Of a stretch of 64,000 bases of DNA, positions 63,076 through 64,000 are shown piece after piece. Position 1 is the stretch's first letter. Each line of letters begins with the position of its first letter. A program made the translations under genes and the position numbers. Below the pieces are notes generated by a model that did not search any database, had not been told where the DNA came from, and was given only the letters and a program-made list of their open reading frames with translations. This DNA is from Chamaesiphon sp. (GTDB taxonomy: Bacteria > Cyanobacteriota > Cyanobacteriia > Cyanobacteriales > Chamaesiphonaceae): positions 64,001-128,000 of the forward strand of contig CBDFFH010000044.1 of the NCBI GenBank assembly GCA_965246715.1. The letters run 5' to 3'.

Positions 63076-63771
63076 ATGCGAATTATTACTGACTTTGATG
63101 GGCCGATTATGGATTTGTCCGATCGCTATTATTATGTGTATCAGTTTTGTTTGGAACGAGTCAAACTCCCACACCAATCGCTCGTACCATTGTTGCAAGC
63201 TGAATTTTGGCAGCGCAAACGCGCCTGCGTTCCGGAGCGACAAATCGGGATCGAGTCGGGACTAACACCGTCCCAAGCAGACGCATTCAAACAACTGCGC
63301 GATCTTCATGCTCATCAATTACAATACTTGGATCTCGATCGAGTCGTGCCAGGGGCGATTGCGGCGCTCGAACGCATCCAGGCGGCAGGGATCGAGCTAC
63401 TCGTGATGACACTGCGGCATACCAGACAGTTAAATCCAGCGTTGGAGCGATACGATTTAGCGCGGTTTTTTCCACCCCACTGTCGCTATTGTCGGCCTGA
63501 TGACTATGTGAGACAAGGCGATATTCAAGATAAAACTAAGCTGATGGCTCGATCGATTGCCGAATTGGGAGCAGATCCAGCGACCTGGATGGTCGGCGAT
63601 ACCGAAGCCGATATCATTGCGGCCCAAACCTATGATATTCCGGCGATTGGTGTCTTATCGGGTATCCGCGATCGCGAGCAATTAGTGCGATATCAGCCGA
63701 ATAAAATCTTCCCAGATTTTGCCACTGCTGTTGATGCGATCTTTCAACAAATAGACGCACAAAAATTGTAG
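63076..63771 (+). CDS. HAD-family hydrolase
   Basis: DFDGPIMD motif I; MVGDTEAD motif IV. Confidence 0.9.
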   Translation: MRIITDFDGPIMDLSDRYYYVYQFCLERVKLPHQSLVPLLQAEFWQRKRACVPERQIGIESGLTPSQADAFKQLRDLHAHQLQYLDLDRVVPGAIAALERIQAAGIELLVMTLRHTRQLNPALERYDLARFFPPHCRYCRPDDYVRQGDIQDKTKLMARSIAELGADPATWMVGDTEADIIAAQTYDIPAIGVLSGIRDREQLVRYQPNKIFPDFATAVDAIFQQIDAQKL

Positions 63772-63844
63772 GGGTGCTTTAGCTAGTTATCCCTACAGTT
63801 GCGGACGATCTGGTGTATTTGTTGGTAGCGATCGAAACTATAAC

Positions 63845-64000
63845 TTACTTAGTAAAACTGCTCGTCACCCATAGACATACGAAAGTCAGTAATGCTGCAA
63901 ATACCTCTCCGTGCAGCCTGACGCGTTCGACGGGGAGATGCGCCGAATTTACTAGCAATCCAGCCACAAGCATCCCGATCGCCAGTGCCAGGAAACTGCC
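63845..64000 (-). CDS. 3' end of a membrane protein, probably CPP1-like/DUF3353 (partial)
   Basis: GSFLALAIGMLVAGLL...FAALLTFVCLWVTSSFTK*. Confidence 0.5.
   Translation of the reverse strand, partial: GSFLALAIGMLVAGLLVNSAHLPVERVRLHGEVFAALLTFVCLWVTSSFTK

Noticed and set aside
1..64000. Extreme abundance of CGATCG/GCGATCGC as a novel signal
   Set aside because: This is the well-known cyanobacterial HIP1 repeat

Overview
A 64 kb window of a cyanobacterial chromosome. HIP1 GCGATCGC/CGATCG sites are very dense, and STRR heptamers, ntcB-cnaT and a cyanobacterial-type 6S RNA are present; a Chamaesiphon-like organism is plausible but unverified. The housekeeping backbone is prfC, menB, ntcB/cnaT, pyrE, sat, mtnP, ssrS, putA, aroC, a phosphoketolase, a DAHP synthase and folD. 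Main accessory content: (1) a complete but partly decaying STM4011-STM4015-type cluster of unknown function at 7.7-16.1 kb (ATP-grasp ligase, two LRR-like proteins with a shared C-terminal RYxxVxE motif, an alkaline-phosphatase-fold hydrolase with two frameshifts, two radical SAM enzymes), faced by a convergent His-rich small protein plus LRR-DUF6745-like gene pair; this is the best candidate for an undescribed biosynthetic or conflict system; (2) a ~5 kb island bracketed by a ~770 bp duplication of the phosphoketolase 3' end, carrying a TA pair, a ricin-lectin/C39-like secreted protease and a divergent HTH-NB-ARC gene; (3) a 1319 aa Ig-repeat protein ending in a vanadium haloperoxidase-like domain; (4) nested non-autonomous elements (MITEs with target duplications, REP-like hairpins, 22-24 nt HIP1-targeting inserts) plus a RAYT transposase remnant. 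All family calls come from motif recognition by eye; no searches were run.
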